A DNA stretch of 39,682 bases from Silvanigrellaceae bacterium. GTDB lineage: Bacteria; Bdellovibrionota_B; Oligoflexia; Silvanigrellales; Silvanigrellaceae. Both the position numbers and the translations under genes were made by a program. The stretch lies in assembly GCA_049423385.1 (NCBI GenBank), contig JBMSQQ010000024.1, forward strand, positions 1-39,682, in the 5' to 3' direction. Shown here piece by piece: positions 18,801-28,400 of this stretch (positions are counted from its first letter, which is position 1; every line of letters begins with the position of its first letter). A model generated the notes under the pieces. It saw only the letters and a program-made list of their open reading frames with translations. It was not told the DNA's origin and ran no database searches.

Positions 18801-20054
18801 ATGAAGCAACCAGGCAAAGAACTTCGACAGGAATTTCCTATTTTTGCTCACAATCAGCGAATGGTTGAGGGCGGAAAAGTTCTTCCCTTGTGTTATCTGG
18901 ATTCAGCAGTCTCCACCCAAAAGCCCCAGTCCGTGATTGATTCGATGAGTCACTTCTTGTCGCGGGATTATGGCTCCGTTCATCGTGGGGCTTATCAACT
19001 TTCAATGCGTGCAAGTGAAAAATATGAAGCAGCCCGGATTCGGGTTGCCCGATTCATTGGTGGGAACATTGATGCATCGCAGGTTGTCTTCACTCGAGGG
19101 GCGACGGAATCCCTCAATATTTTGGCACATGGAATCGGACAAATCCGATTGAACGAGAAAAGCCGCATCGTCATTCCGGCAATTGAACACCACGCCAATT
19201 TTGTTCCGTGGCAGCAGGCCGCGCTGCAGGCGGACTGTGAGCTTGCTTACATTCCGCTCGAAGGGACTCAGTCGCAGCGATTGCGACTTGACCTTGCGGC
19301 CGCGCAAAAAATGATCACATCAAACACAGCCGTTGTTTCTCTGGCTCACGTCGGCAACGTGCTTGGACAGGTCAATCCGGTCGCTGAAATTGCTGCGATG
19401 GCAAAAAAAGTGGGTGCCTTTGTTGTGCTCGATTGCGCCCAAAGCCTGACTTGTTTCGACGACAATCCATTCGATTGGGGAGTCGATGCGATTGCTTTCA
19501 GTGGACACAAACTATACGGCCCTACGGGCATTGGCGTGCTTGTGGCCCGACCTGAACTTTTGGAAGCGATGCCTCCACTGCTGACAGGCGGTGGGATGAT
19601 TGGCTCGGTCACACTGGAAGAATCGACCTGGACAGGTGGAGTCGCAAAATTCGAAGCAGGAACGCCACCCATCACGGAAGCCATTGGTCTTGCCTCCGCG
19701 CTGGACTGGCTGGATGGCGTGGGGCGTCCCGCAATCCATGCTCACGCGGCGAACCTTGCATCCGTTTTTGCAGAAAAATTGTCACATATCGATGGCATAG
19801 AACTGTTCTATCCAGCAACTGGCCAAGAAACCCTTGTTTCTTTCCGGCATCGCTCTATCCACGCCCACGATCTGGCAACCCTTTTGGACGCCAGCAATGT
19901 TGCCATGCGCGCAGGGCACCATTGCGCTTGGCCACTGGCCCGTTTGCTTGGAGTTGATGCTCTCGTCCGCGCGAGCTTCGCCGCTTACTCTGATTTGGAT
20001 GATGTTGAGCAGGCTGTTGAAGCTATAAAAATTTCAACTTCTTTCTTGAAATAG
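18801..20054 (+). CDS. sufS: SufS-type cysteine desulfurase
   Basis: YLDSAVSTQKP, VHRG, EHHAN, FSGHKLYGPTGIG, FEAGTP and RAGHHCA (group II catalytic Cys). ATG 18801 follows GGAG. Confidence 0.95.
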   Translation: MKQPGKELRQEFPIFAHNQRMVEGGKVLPLCYLDSAVSTQKPQSVIDSMSHFLSRDYGSVHRGAYQLSMRASEKYEAARIRVARFIGGNIDASQVVFTRGATESLNILAHGIGQIRLNEKSRIVIPAIEHHANFVPWQQAALQADCELAYIPLEGTQSQRLRLDLAAAQKMITSNTAVVSLAHVGNVLGQVNPVAEIAAMAKKVGAFVVLDCAQSLTCFDDNPFDWGVDAIAFSGHKLYGPTGIGVLVARPELLEAMPPLLTGGGMIGSVTLEESTWTGGVAKFEAGTPPITEAIGLASALDWLDGVGRPAIHAHAANLASVFAEKLSHIDGIELFYPATGQETLVSFRHRSIHAHDLATLLDASNVAMRAGHHCAWPLARLLGVDALVRASFAAYSDLDDVEQAVEAIKISTSFLK

Positions 20055-20203
20055 GTTCGTAAATTTTTATATCACCCTTCAGGGTGACCAAAATCGTCGC
20101 ATCGTGGATTTGGCCATGCTAATGCGTGTGTTGATCGCCAGAGTCTCCTGAAATGGCAGGGAATTTTTGGCAAAATACAGAGTTTATTGACTGGTACTTG
20201 AAA

Positions 20204-20785
20204 ATGACACAAGCGACTACAATAAATAGAGAAACTCCGAATATTGGCGAACTCTACCAAGAGATAATCGTTGAGCATTCCAAGCGCCCTCGCTGCAAAG
20301 GGCGGGTCGAGGGCTGCCAGTTCTGCCTTGAGGGGAAGAATCCACTCTGTGGTGACCAAATCACCCTCTACTGTCAGTTGGCAGCACCCACGCTTGCCAA
20401 CCAGGAACCAAAAATCACAGTCAGCTTTGAAGGCAGTGGATGCAGCATCAGCCAAGCCAGCACGAGTATGATGTGTGAATCCGTCAGCAATAAAACCGTG
20501 ACAGAAGCGCGCGCCCAGATTCAAAAAGTTGAAGCCATTTATACGGGCCGGGCGGAGCGCAGGAACGAGGATGACATTGAAGAGGATGTTGAAGCACTGC
20601 AAGGGGTCAGCCAATTTCCAGTGCGCATCAAGTGCGCTGCCCTGGCATGGAAGACTCTCGAGTTGATGCTGAATGAAAACTTCGATGAACGCGGATTTCA
20701 ACGGCTCGAGTCGCAGGTTTGCAAGCTCAACGAGCCTTGCGGTTCCAAGTCTCGCCGACTGACCAAAATCATCACCACAGATTAA
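20204..20785 (+). CDS. sufU: SUF-system SufU sulfurtransferase/scaffold
   Basis: LYQEIIVEH, NPLCGD, GCSISQAS and RIKCA, with no LPPVK motif. Start is 20204 or 20153. Confidence 0.9.
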   Translation: MTQATTINRETPNIGELYQEIIVEHSKRPRCKGRVEGCQFCLEGKNPLCGDQITLYCQLAAPTLANQEPKITVSFEGSGCSISQASTSMMCESVSNKTVTEARAQIQKVEAIYTGRAERRNEDDIEEDVEALQGVSQFPVRIKCAALAWKTLELMLNENFDERGFQRLESQVCKLNEPCGSKSRRLTKIITTD

Positions 20786-20834
20786 GTTTATTTGAACTTG
20801 AGGGTCACAACAGATCCCCGAACGGAGTCATGCA

Positions 20835-21590
20835 ATGTTGGAAGTCAAAGAGCTCAAGGCAAAGATTGGTGAAAAAGATATTCTCAATGGAGTGGATCTG
20901 ACGATCCCTGCTGGCGAGATTCATGTCATCATGGGGCCCAACGGAGTCGGCAAATCGACTTTGGGTCACGTGTTGATGGGCCACAAAGTCTATCAACAAA
21001 CGGCTGGACGCATCTTGTTGGATGGTGTTGATATCACCGAGGCCGACACTGCCGAGCGCGCCAAAGCAGGGCTTTTTCTTGCGTTCCAATATCCCGTTTC
21101 GATTCCTGGTCTGCGTGTTTCGGAATTTCTGCGCAACCTTTATTGCATGCGCCACAACGTTCAGTTGGGCGTCGCTGAATTCAGAAAAATTGTCCGTGAG
21201 AAATTGGACCTGCTCAATATCGACCGCTCGGTGTTGAGCCGATATCTGAATGAAGGTTTTTCCGGTGGTGAAATGAAGCGACTGGAAATGCTCCAGCTTG
21301 CACTTGTGAAGCCAAAGGTTGCCATTCTCGATGAAATCGATTCGGGTGTTGATGTCGATGCCCAGAAGACTGTTGCCGAGGCTATCAAGACTCTGCGCGC
21401 CACAGATGGAACTTCTTTTGTCATCATTACGCACTACCAACGCCTCCTGAATTTTGTGAATCCCGACAAGGTGCATGTGGTGCTTGACGGTAAAGTCAGC
21501 CGCAGCGGAGACATGTCGTTGGTTCATGCTCTTGAGCGTGAAGGATACGAGTGGGTGCGTCAGAATACTGAAGCGGCGGCAACACCCTGA
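20835..21590 (+). CDS. sufC: Fe-S cluster assembly ATPase SufC
   Basis: IMGPNGVGKST, FLAFQYP, NEGFSGGEMKR, LDEIDSG and ITHYQRLL. Confidence 0.97.
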   Translation: MLEVKELKAKIGEKDILNGVDLTIPAGEIHVIMGPNGVGKSTLGHVLMGHKVYQQTAGRILLDGVDITEADTAERAKAGLFLAFQYPVSIPGLRVSEFLRNLYCMRHNVQLGVAEFRKIVREKLDLLNIDRSVLSRYLNEGFSGGEMKRLEMLQLALVKPKVAILDEIDSGVDVDAQKTVAEAIKTLRATDGTSFVIITHYQRLLNFVNPDKVHVVLDGKVSRSGDMSLVHALEREGYEWVRQNTEAAATP

Positions 21591-21613
21591 GCCGGAACCG
21601 AGGAGTTTGACAC

Positions 21614-23047
21614 ATGAGCGAAATCCTGAGCGAATCAAAACCAGAAGCATCATTTGATGACTACAAGTATGGTTTTCATGTTCCGGAAAATTACGTTTTC
21701 AAGGCAGCCAAATCGAAAGATGGGCTGACGCGCGAGATGGTCATCGAAATCTCCAGGTTCAAGCGTGAGCCTGAGTGGATGCTTGAGCGCCGCCTCAAGG
21801 CATTCGAAATATTCCAATCCAAGCCGATGCCGACTTGGGGCGATACAAAAGCCTTGAGTGAAATCGACTTCACCAACATTCACTATTTCGTTCGCCCCAC
21901 CGAAAGGGTTGGCACGAGTTGGGATGAAGTTCCGACGGAAATCAAAGACACGTTCGAGCGTTTGGGAATTCCTGAAGCTGAACGAAAATTTTTGGCCGGT
22001 GTGTCTGCTCAATTTGAGTCGGAAGTTGTTTACCACAGCATGCAAAAACGCCTCGAAGATCAGGGCGTGCTGTTTTTCGACATGGACACTGGCCTGCGCC
22101 AGTATCCAGAAATTGTCGAAAAGTATTTCGGCACCGTGATTCCCTCTGAGGACAACAAGTTCGCAGCGCTCAACACCGCTGTGTGGTCGGGTGGAAGTTT
22201 CATCTACGTGCCCAAGGGCGTGAAGGTCGATATTCCTTTGCAGGCCTATTTCCGTATCAACACAGAAAACATGGGTCAGTTCGAGCGCACGCTGATCATC
22301 GCAGACGAAGACTCCAGCGTTCACTACATCGAAGGATGCACAGCACCGGTTTATCGTTCCGACTCGTTGCACAGTGCGGTGGTCGAATTGATCGCCTTGA
22401 AGGGCGCCAAAATTCGTTACACGACCATTCAAAACTGGTCGAAAAACATTTTCAATCTGGTGACCAAGCGCGCCTACGCATACGAAGATGCGGTGGTCGA
22501 GTGGGTTGATGGCAATATCGGCTCCAAGCTGACCATGAAGTATCCTGCGGTGTACCTGATGGGTCCGCGCGCACGCGGCGAAATTCTTTCGGTCGCATTT
22601 GCTGGAAACGGCATGCACCAGGATGCTGGCTCGAAGATCGTCCATGCAGCGCCCTACACATCCAGCGTTGTGACGTCAAAATCCATTTCCAAAAGCGGCG
22701 GAATCACAACCTATCGGGGCCTTGTGAAGATTCCCAAGGGGATGGTCGGGTGCAAGAGCAAAGTTCAATGTGACGCTCTCCTGATGGATCGCGATTCGCG
22801 TTCCGACACCTATCCAACCATGGAAATTGAAGAGCGCGAGGGCGTCAACGTTGGACACGAGGCGAGTGTGAGCAAGGTTGGCGAAGATCAAATCTACTAC
22901 CTGACCAGCCGCGGATTCAGCGAACGCCAGGCAACACTCATGGTTGTGAATGGCTTTATTGAAGAATTCGTCAAGGAATTGCCCATGGAGTATGCGGTTG
23001 AATTGAACCGCCTGATTGAAATGGAAATGGACGGAGGAGTGGGCTGA
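21614..23047 (+). CDS. sufB: Fe-S cluster assembly protein SufB
   Basis: [49 protein letters not shown] and [14 protein letters not shown]. Confidence 0.98.
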   Translation: MSEILSESKPEASFDDYKYGFHVPENYVFKAAKSKDGLTREMVIEISRFKREPEWMLERRLKAFEIFQSKPMPTWGDTKALSEIDFTNIHYFVRPTERVGTSWDEVPTEIKDTFERLGIPEAERKFLAGVSAQFESEVVYHSMQKRLEDQGVLFFDMDTGLRQYPEIVEKYFGTVIPSEDNKFAALNTAVWSGGSFIYVPKGVKVDIPLQAYFRINTENMGQFERTLIIADEDSSVHYIEGCTAPVYRSDSLHSAVVELIALKGAKIRYTTIQNWSKNIFNLVTKRAYAYEDAVVEWVDGNIGSKLTMKYPAVYLMGPRARGEILSVAFAGNGMHQDAGSKIVHAAPYTSSVVTSKSISKSGGITTYRGLVKIPKGMVGCKSKVQCDALLMDRDSRSDTYPTMEIEEREGVNVGHEASVSKVGEDQIYYLTSRGFSERQATLMVVNGFIEEFVKELPMEYAVELNRLIEMEMDGGVG

Positions 23048-24375
23048 TGCAACAGGCAAAAACGAGTCCAATTCGACTGATGTCGATCGGCGAGCGCATT
23101 GCCGGAATAAGCACGCGTCCTGAATGGCCAGAAGAAAACTGGCGTCGAACAGATCCGGATGATTTTTTCATTCCAGCAGAGGACGTGGTCAACAGCTTCG
23201 GCCAGACGGTGATGGGTTCACATCTGGCAGCTTCCCCCTACAAGATTCAGTTCAAAACATTGCCCGCCGACGAAATGAAGGCGGCTGTAAAACGTTTGTT
23301 CAACATCACAACCGATGCCGAGGATGGCAGCGACAACATGGATGAAGGCCGTGTTGTTTTGCTTGAGCTCAACAATGGTGGATTGAGTGTTTTGTCGTGT
23401 GCAGCGGCTGATTCCTGGGTGGGTCGGCTCGAGATCGCATCGCGTCCCGCACGTCCTGAAGCCGTGATGCGCGACAGCGCCATTGCCGTTGCATTGGCAG
23501 AACGTTTGCAGGTTTGTGCTCCCAGTGAACTTGTACTGAGAATTCCGCGTTTCGAACATCAACCCTTGGTGTTGTGCGCGATTGAAACCGAATCGGCCTT
23601 CCAACAATCGTACGCCAACCTGACGATTGACCTGGCCGACGACGCAACAGCCGATGTGGCCGTGGTACATGGGGCGAACGTCTTTTCGCACCATCGACTC
23701 ACATTGCGCGTGGGCCGCAATGCCGTCTTGAATCAACTCTGGTGCCATGCTGCTTCGGAAGCCGCCCCACAAGGAAAAATGTTGCTCGAGCGCAAGGTCA
23801 AACTTGGCGCGCACGCACGTTTTTCAGATGCATCCGTGTTTGTTCCTGCAGGTGTTTTGCGTGTGATCAGCAACATCGTGCCCGAGGCCGAAGGAGCAGA
23901 GGCCAACTGCGGAACCGCAATTGTGGCTTCCGGACAGTCTGTTGTTGATTATGAGCCGTTGCAGGATCACGTGTCGCCCCGGGCGCAAACCCATCTGCGC
24001 GCCAAGATGATCGCCGGACAACGTGCCAAGGCAATATTCCAGGGCCTCATCAATGTTGAGCGCGATGCGCCAGGGACCGTGGCATCGCAGGTCAACAAGA
24101 ACCTTGTGTTGAGCAAGCGTTCCCGGATCGACGCGATGCCTCGTTTGCGCATTCTTCCGGATGAGGTTTCCTGCAAGCATGGAAGTGCGACCGGCGAGAT
24201 CGACGACCGTCAGGTCTACTATCTGCAGACGCGCGGTTTCACGGAACAGCAAGCCAAAGCTCACATCGTGGGTGGATTCATTCTCGATGGTTTGGCTCAG
24301 CTCCCGCAGAATTCAGCCTTGCAGAATCTCGCAGGCGTGGTGCTCGAACAGGGATTGTCGCGCATACTTGGTTGA
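23047..24375 (+). CDS. sufD: Fe-S cluster assembly protein SufD
   Basis: EENWRRTD, FQGLI, QVNKNLVLS, PRLRILPDEVSCKHGSATG and YYLQTRG. Overlaps the sufB stop. Confidence 0.9.
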   Translation: MQQAKTSPIRLMSIGERIAGISTRPEWPEENWRRTDPDDFFIPAEDVVNSFGQTVMGSHLAASPYKIQFKTLPADEMKAAVKRLFNITTDAEDGSDNMDEGRVVLLELNNGGLSVLSCAAADSWVGRLEIASRPARPEAVMRDSAIAVALAERLQVCAPSELVLRIPRFEHQPLVLCAIETESAFQQSYANLTIDLADDATADVAVVHGANVFSHHRLTLRVGRNAVLNQLWCHAASEAAPQGKMLLERKVKLGAHARFSDASVFVPAGVLRVISNIVPEAEGAEANCGTAIVASGQSVVDYEPLQDHVSPRAQTHLRAKMIAGQRAKAIFQGLINVERDAPGTVASQVNKNLVLSKRSRIDAMPRLRILPDEVSCKHGSATGEIDDRQVYYLQTRGFTEQQAKAHIVGGFILDGLAQLPQNSALQNLAGVVLEQGLSRILG

Positions 24376-24387
24376 GGAAACCTGCGG

Positions 24388-24732
24388 ATGCCAACATTTT
24401 TTCCGGCTGTTCCCCTGTCGCAAGTGGACGACAAAAAAGTCACCAAGTGCTTGGTCGATGGATTGTCGGTTCTTGTCGTGCGCAGTTCTGACGGAACCGT
24501 ATACGCATTTGAAAACAACTGTTCTCATGCAGACAAGCCGCTTGAGCGTGGGGTGTGGAACCCCGCGACCCTCGAGATGCTCTGCCCTTTCCACAAGGCC
24601 GTTTTCGATGTGGGCCATGGAGGCGCGGTGAAGGTTGGCCCTGCTGTGGTTTCACTGGCGGTTTATCCTGTCGAAGTGCGCAGCCACAACGCTGTGGACA
24701 CAGTGTTTGTCGGCGTCGATGTCGAATCATGA
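24388..24732 (+). CDS. Rieske [2Fe-2S] ferredoxin
   Basis: CSH and CPFH ligand boxes. GAGG RBS. Confidence 0.93.
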   Translation: MPTFFPAVPLSQVDDKKVTKCLVDGLSVLVVRSSDGTVYAFENNCSHADKPLERGVWNPATLEMLCPFHKAVFDVGHGGAVKVGPAVVSLAVYPVEVRSHNAVDTVFVGVDVES

Positions 24733-25352
24733 AATTGTTTGGAACACCGCGCTCCCCTTTTGCACGTCGGGTGCGTTTTGCTCTTTTGAAGGCTGGCATC
24801 CCTTTTGAATGGGTCGAGCTTTCTTTGTCTGAAATCTTTCCGCCTTCAGACAGACTTTTGAAAATGAATCCTCTCGGACTGATTCCGGTTTTGGAACTGG
24901 ATGATGGTGTGTGTCTGGTGGATTCGACTGAAATACTCACCTACATCGATTCGAATCTGTTCCCTTTGTGGCCATCCGAGATGCCACACAAAACGCAGGC
25001 TCGACAAGTGTCGATGCTCGCCAACGGAATCATGACTTACGCAGTGCGCGAATTTCAGGGGCTCCGCGTGGAGAGTCCGTTGGATGGCTCGCTGGAATCG
25101 AACATTGACTTGATTTCGCGGGTTCTTGATCGGCTTGAATTCGTCATTGCCGTAATGCCTGAAGTGCAGAGAAATACTTATCCTGAAAGCAACAATCTCA
25201 AACAGTCTGTCTGGGATGTGGCGATGGCTCTGGAGTATTTGGATTTTCGTCTTTCAGACAAGCTGGATTGGCGTTCAAACAGGCCCCACCTGTCAAACTG
25301 GTTTGATGCAGCGCGCGGCGATCGGGATTTTGCCGCGACGGCCCCGGGATGA
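24729..25352 (+). CDS. Glutathione S-transferase family protein
   Basis: MKLFGTPRSPFARRVR, NPLGLIPVL, DSTEILTY and ALEYLDFR...WRSNRPHLSNW. ATGA overlap with the Rieske stop. Confidence 0.9.
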   Translation: MKLFGTPRSPFARRVRFALLKAGIPFEWVELSLSEIFPPSDRLLKMNPLGLIPVLELDDGVCLVDSTEILTYIDSNLFPLWPSEMPHKTQARQVSMLANGIMTYAVREFQGLRVESPLDGSLESNIDLISRVLDRLEFVIAVMPEVQRNTYPESNNLKQSVWDVAMALEYLDFRLSDKLDWRSNRPHLSNWFDAARGDRDFAATAPG

Positions 25353-25407
25353 TTCCTGACTTTTCGTTTTTGGAGTCAATTCGGATGCTCCGAGGGGCAG
25401 TCGGACG

Positions 25408-28400
25408 TCAGGGTTTCCGTTTCAATTCAATCGTCGCTGCCCATGTATTGATGCCCGGTGATGATGGGGCTGCAATTGCGGTTGGACTTGTGGTCATGTC
25501 GGCTGAATCGGAAATGTTTGCAAAATATTGAACATCACGATGAAAGTATCCAGGCGCGGGTAATTGATAGCTATAACCGCTGCCTTTGCCAAGGATGCGC
25601 AGAGCCCAGCTCGTGTCGGGATTGTTGAACTCCACATAAGGAAATGTTGCCTGCACACTGGGATCGATGGACGATGCAGAAGCTCCAATGGTCGCGTTGG
25701 AGTAAACAAGAATTGAAAGTTGATCCGATCCATAGGCGGTGCTGCCGAATGGCGGAAGAGTTAAACTCGTCCCCGTTGCTATCTTCCATTGGATTTTTAT
25801 CAGGCTACCCCAGTTTGTGGACCCTGCTGAAAAGAGCACCGTGAATCCGGCGAAATCCTGAACAGGTCGACTATCCGCTGTACTTGAAATCACGACCAGC
25901 AGGTCGCCGACATTGTGCGCGGGTGCTGCGGTGCTGATTGTCGGAACCGTGGATTTCGTCATGCCGACGAACTTGATGGGATTCGCCGGCGGCGGACTTC
26001 CCGAGGTCAGGTTCCATTTGGTTGCAAGGTATCTTTCCAGATTTCCCCTGTTGTCGGTCGTGAGGGGTGGAGAAAAGAGCAGCAGTTCCGAAATCTCGCC
26101 TTTCCAGCCGCGGCCCTGGCTCGTTTGCAATCGGTCGATGCCCACCGTGATTCCGTTGGCCGAGGTGATCGGATTTGAAGATTCGGTCACTGTTCTCATC
26201 AATGACAAGGAATTGATTTCTGGAAAAAGGCTGTCGACCCTGTTGGTGTCATTGAACGCATTCAGAAAGAGATAAACAAAAGAAGTAACGTTGAATCCGG
26301 CTGAGCTGCCGAACGCCGTCATCCATGATGAACTCAAGTTGTTTCTCGGCGAGATGAGGCCTTCGTTGTTGGTGAAGTTGGTGCCGGTGGGGCTCGCAAA
26401 ACGACCAACCGCATAAATCTCGCTGGTGGTGACACTGCCCGTGTGCTCCAGGAATTTGTTGTTGTCGGTTGTTGGCCAACGCAGGGCATTGCGGCCGTTG
26501 AAAGCGCTGCGTCCAATCCCCGTGCGGTTTGCCGGATTCGTTTGCGCCAGGTCGCGGCGCCAGATGGATTTGTCGCTCCAACCCACGACGGAATCGCTCG
26601 TTCCCGCAGGAGAATCGAGATGCACCGTGGAAGCATCGCTGGCGTCATACCATGCAACCGGAACCACGTTGCGCGGGGTAAAGTCACCGGGTGTGTGGAA
26701 TTGCCCGGGCGAGAGGGCATGGAATTCAGAAACCGCAAGCACTTCCGGGCTGCCGGAGGTGCTCTTGATTCTCAGATAACGGGCATGAAAGTCGACATCG
26801 AATTTGTAGATTCCAAATTCTGGCAGCGTGCCCGTCGTGAAAGCTGTTTTCCATGCGAAACCGTCGAGGGAATACTCAACCAGTTTGTTTTCCGTCAAGG
26901 ATTTTTGGTCGAGAGGTGCTGTCGCAGTTGAGCGAGATGTTCCAATCACCACGCGGTCGATCAGGTAGTTCCTTTTCAGATCCATCTTGATCCAGCCACC
27001 TGTCTCCGCATTGGTGGCTGCAACGCCTCCCAAGATGCTCGCATCGGTCAAAAAAGCATTCTGGACAGCCGTGGAATCCGGATGTGTGCTTGACTGCGAG
27101 TAGGTCGGTCCAAGCAGGCTTGGAATGAAAGAAGGTGGCGCGTCGTCGGGAAAAGGCGTGCTGGGGGGAGTGAAGTTTGTCACATACCGGGCGACGTTCA
27201 TCGTCAGTCTCAGCTCATCCACGAACCCGCCGTCCAGCCCCAAATGGCTCCGTGCAAATTGCAGCGTTCCGTTGTTGGTGAAGCAATCGCTGCAGTTCGC
27301 GGACTTCACCAGTGACCCGTTCAGGAAAAGCCGGAGCGTGCCACTTTGCCTGCTGAGTGCCACATGGTGCCATGTGTTGAGTGCAACTGTCGGACTTGTC
27401 GACAAACCAACCGGGTTGAGCACATTCGTGTCGGATGTGTTGGTTGTGGTGACGCCCATCAGGGAAGTACCGTCCTGGAGTGTGAACCGGGTGTTTGATT
27501 TGGTTGTGTCCGGATTCCCGGATGTATAAAACAGCATCTTTGGACCATAGGAAAGATCAACGGTGCGATACCACCATCCTTCCATGGTGAAATCAACACC
27601 TGAGGCAATGTTCACGCCGCTGACAGAAACATAGCCATTTTTGATCTGCAGGGATGTGTTGCCGAATCTGCTGATCGAGGACGTGTGTCCTGTGGTGCTG
27701 GAATTCGTCAGGGTTCGCTTGAATTTCGATGAGTCCGTATAGGTTGTTGAGCCCTGCGCACCATCAAGATGTGCCAACAGCACAACATTGTCGAAATATT
27801 CATCCTCAACCACGTCAATGACATTCACCGTCATCGCTTTTTCAAAATACACTCCCGCTTCATCCGTGGCGCGGACACGGACGCTGAAGACGTCCTGCAA
27901 TTCAAAATCAAGAGAGAGGTTTGCCTGCAATTTTTTGCTGGAGATATTGAAGGACGCGTTGTCTGAATCCCCATCTCCTGCAACCAGAGTGAAGGTGATG
28001 TCGGCAGCAGTGGAATCCATGTCCACTGCGCTGAGTGCTCCCACCACCGCATTGGTTCCTGCGTTCTCCCAAACGGTGCTCCGGGACAGGACGATGTTGG
28101 TTGGCGGAAAGCTTGTCGGTGCATTCGCTTCATTGACTGTAATCAGGAAGCCTTTGACGAATTGCGAACCGTCGGTGTCGGTTGCAGTGATGATAATTTC
28201 ATAAGACGACTTGATTGATTTCTGGAAAACGGCAGCCGACCTCAGGGTTGTTCCATTTATGCTGAATGACGACGCATCGGGGCCACTCAAGGTGTAGGTG
28301 ACCGGACCCGGCAGATTGGGGTCCGGATAATCGGGATCGACGGAGCGGAGAGTTCCGACTGTCGTTCCGACGGGCTGATTTTCGTTTATAATCGATGAAG

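Noticed and set aside
21650..22645. 331-aa minus-strand ORF (likewise 20805..21653)
   Set aside because: Antisense shadows of sufB and sufC.
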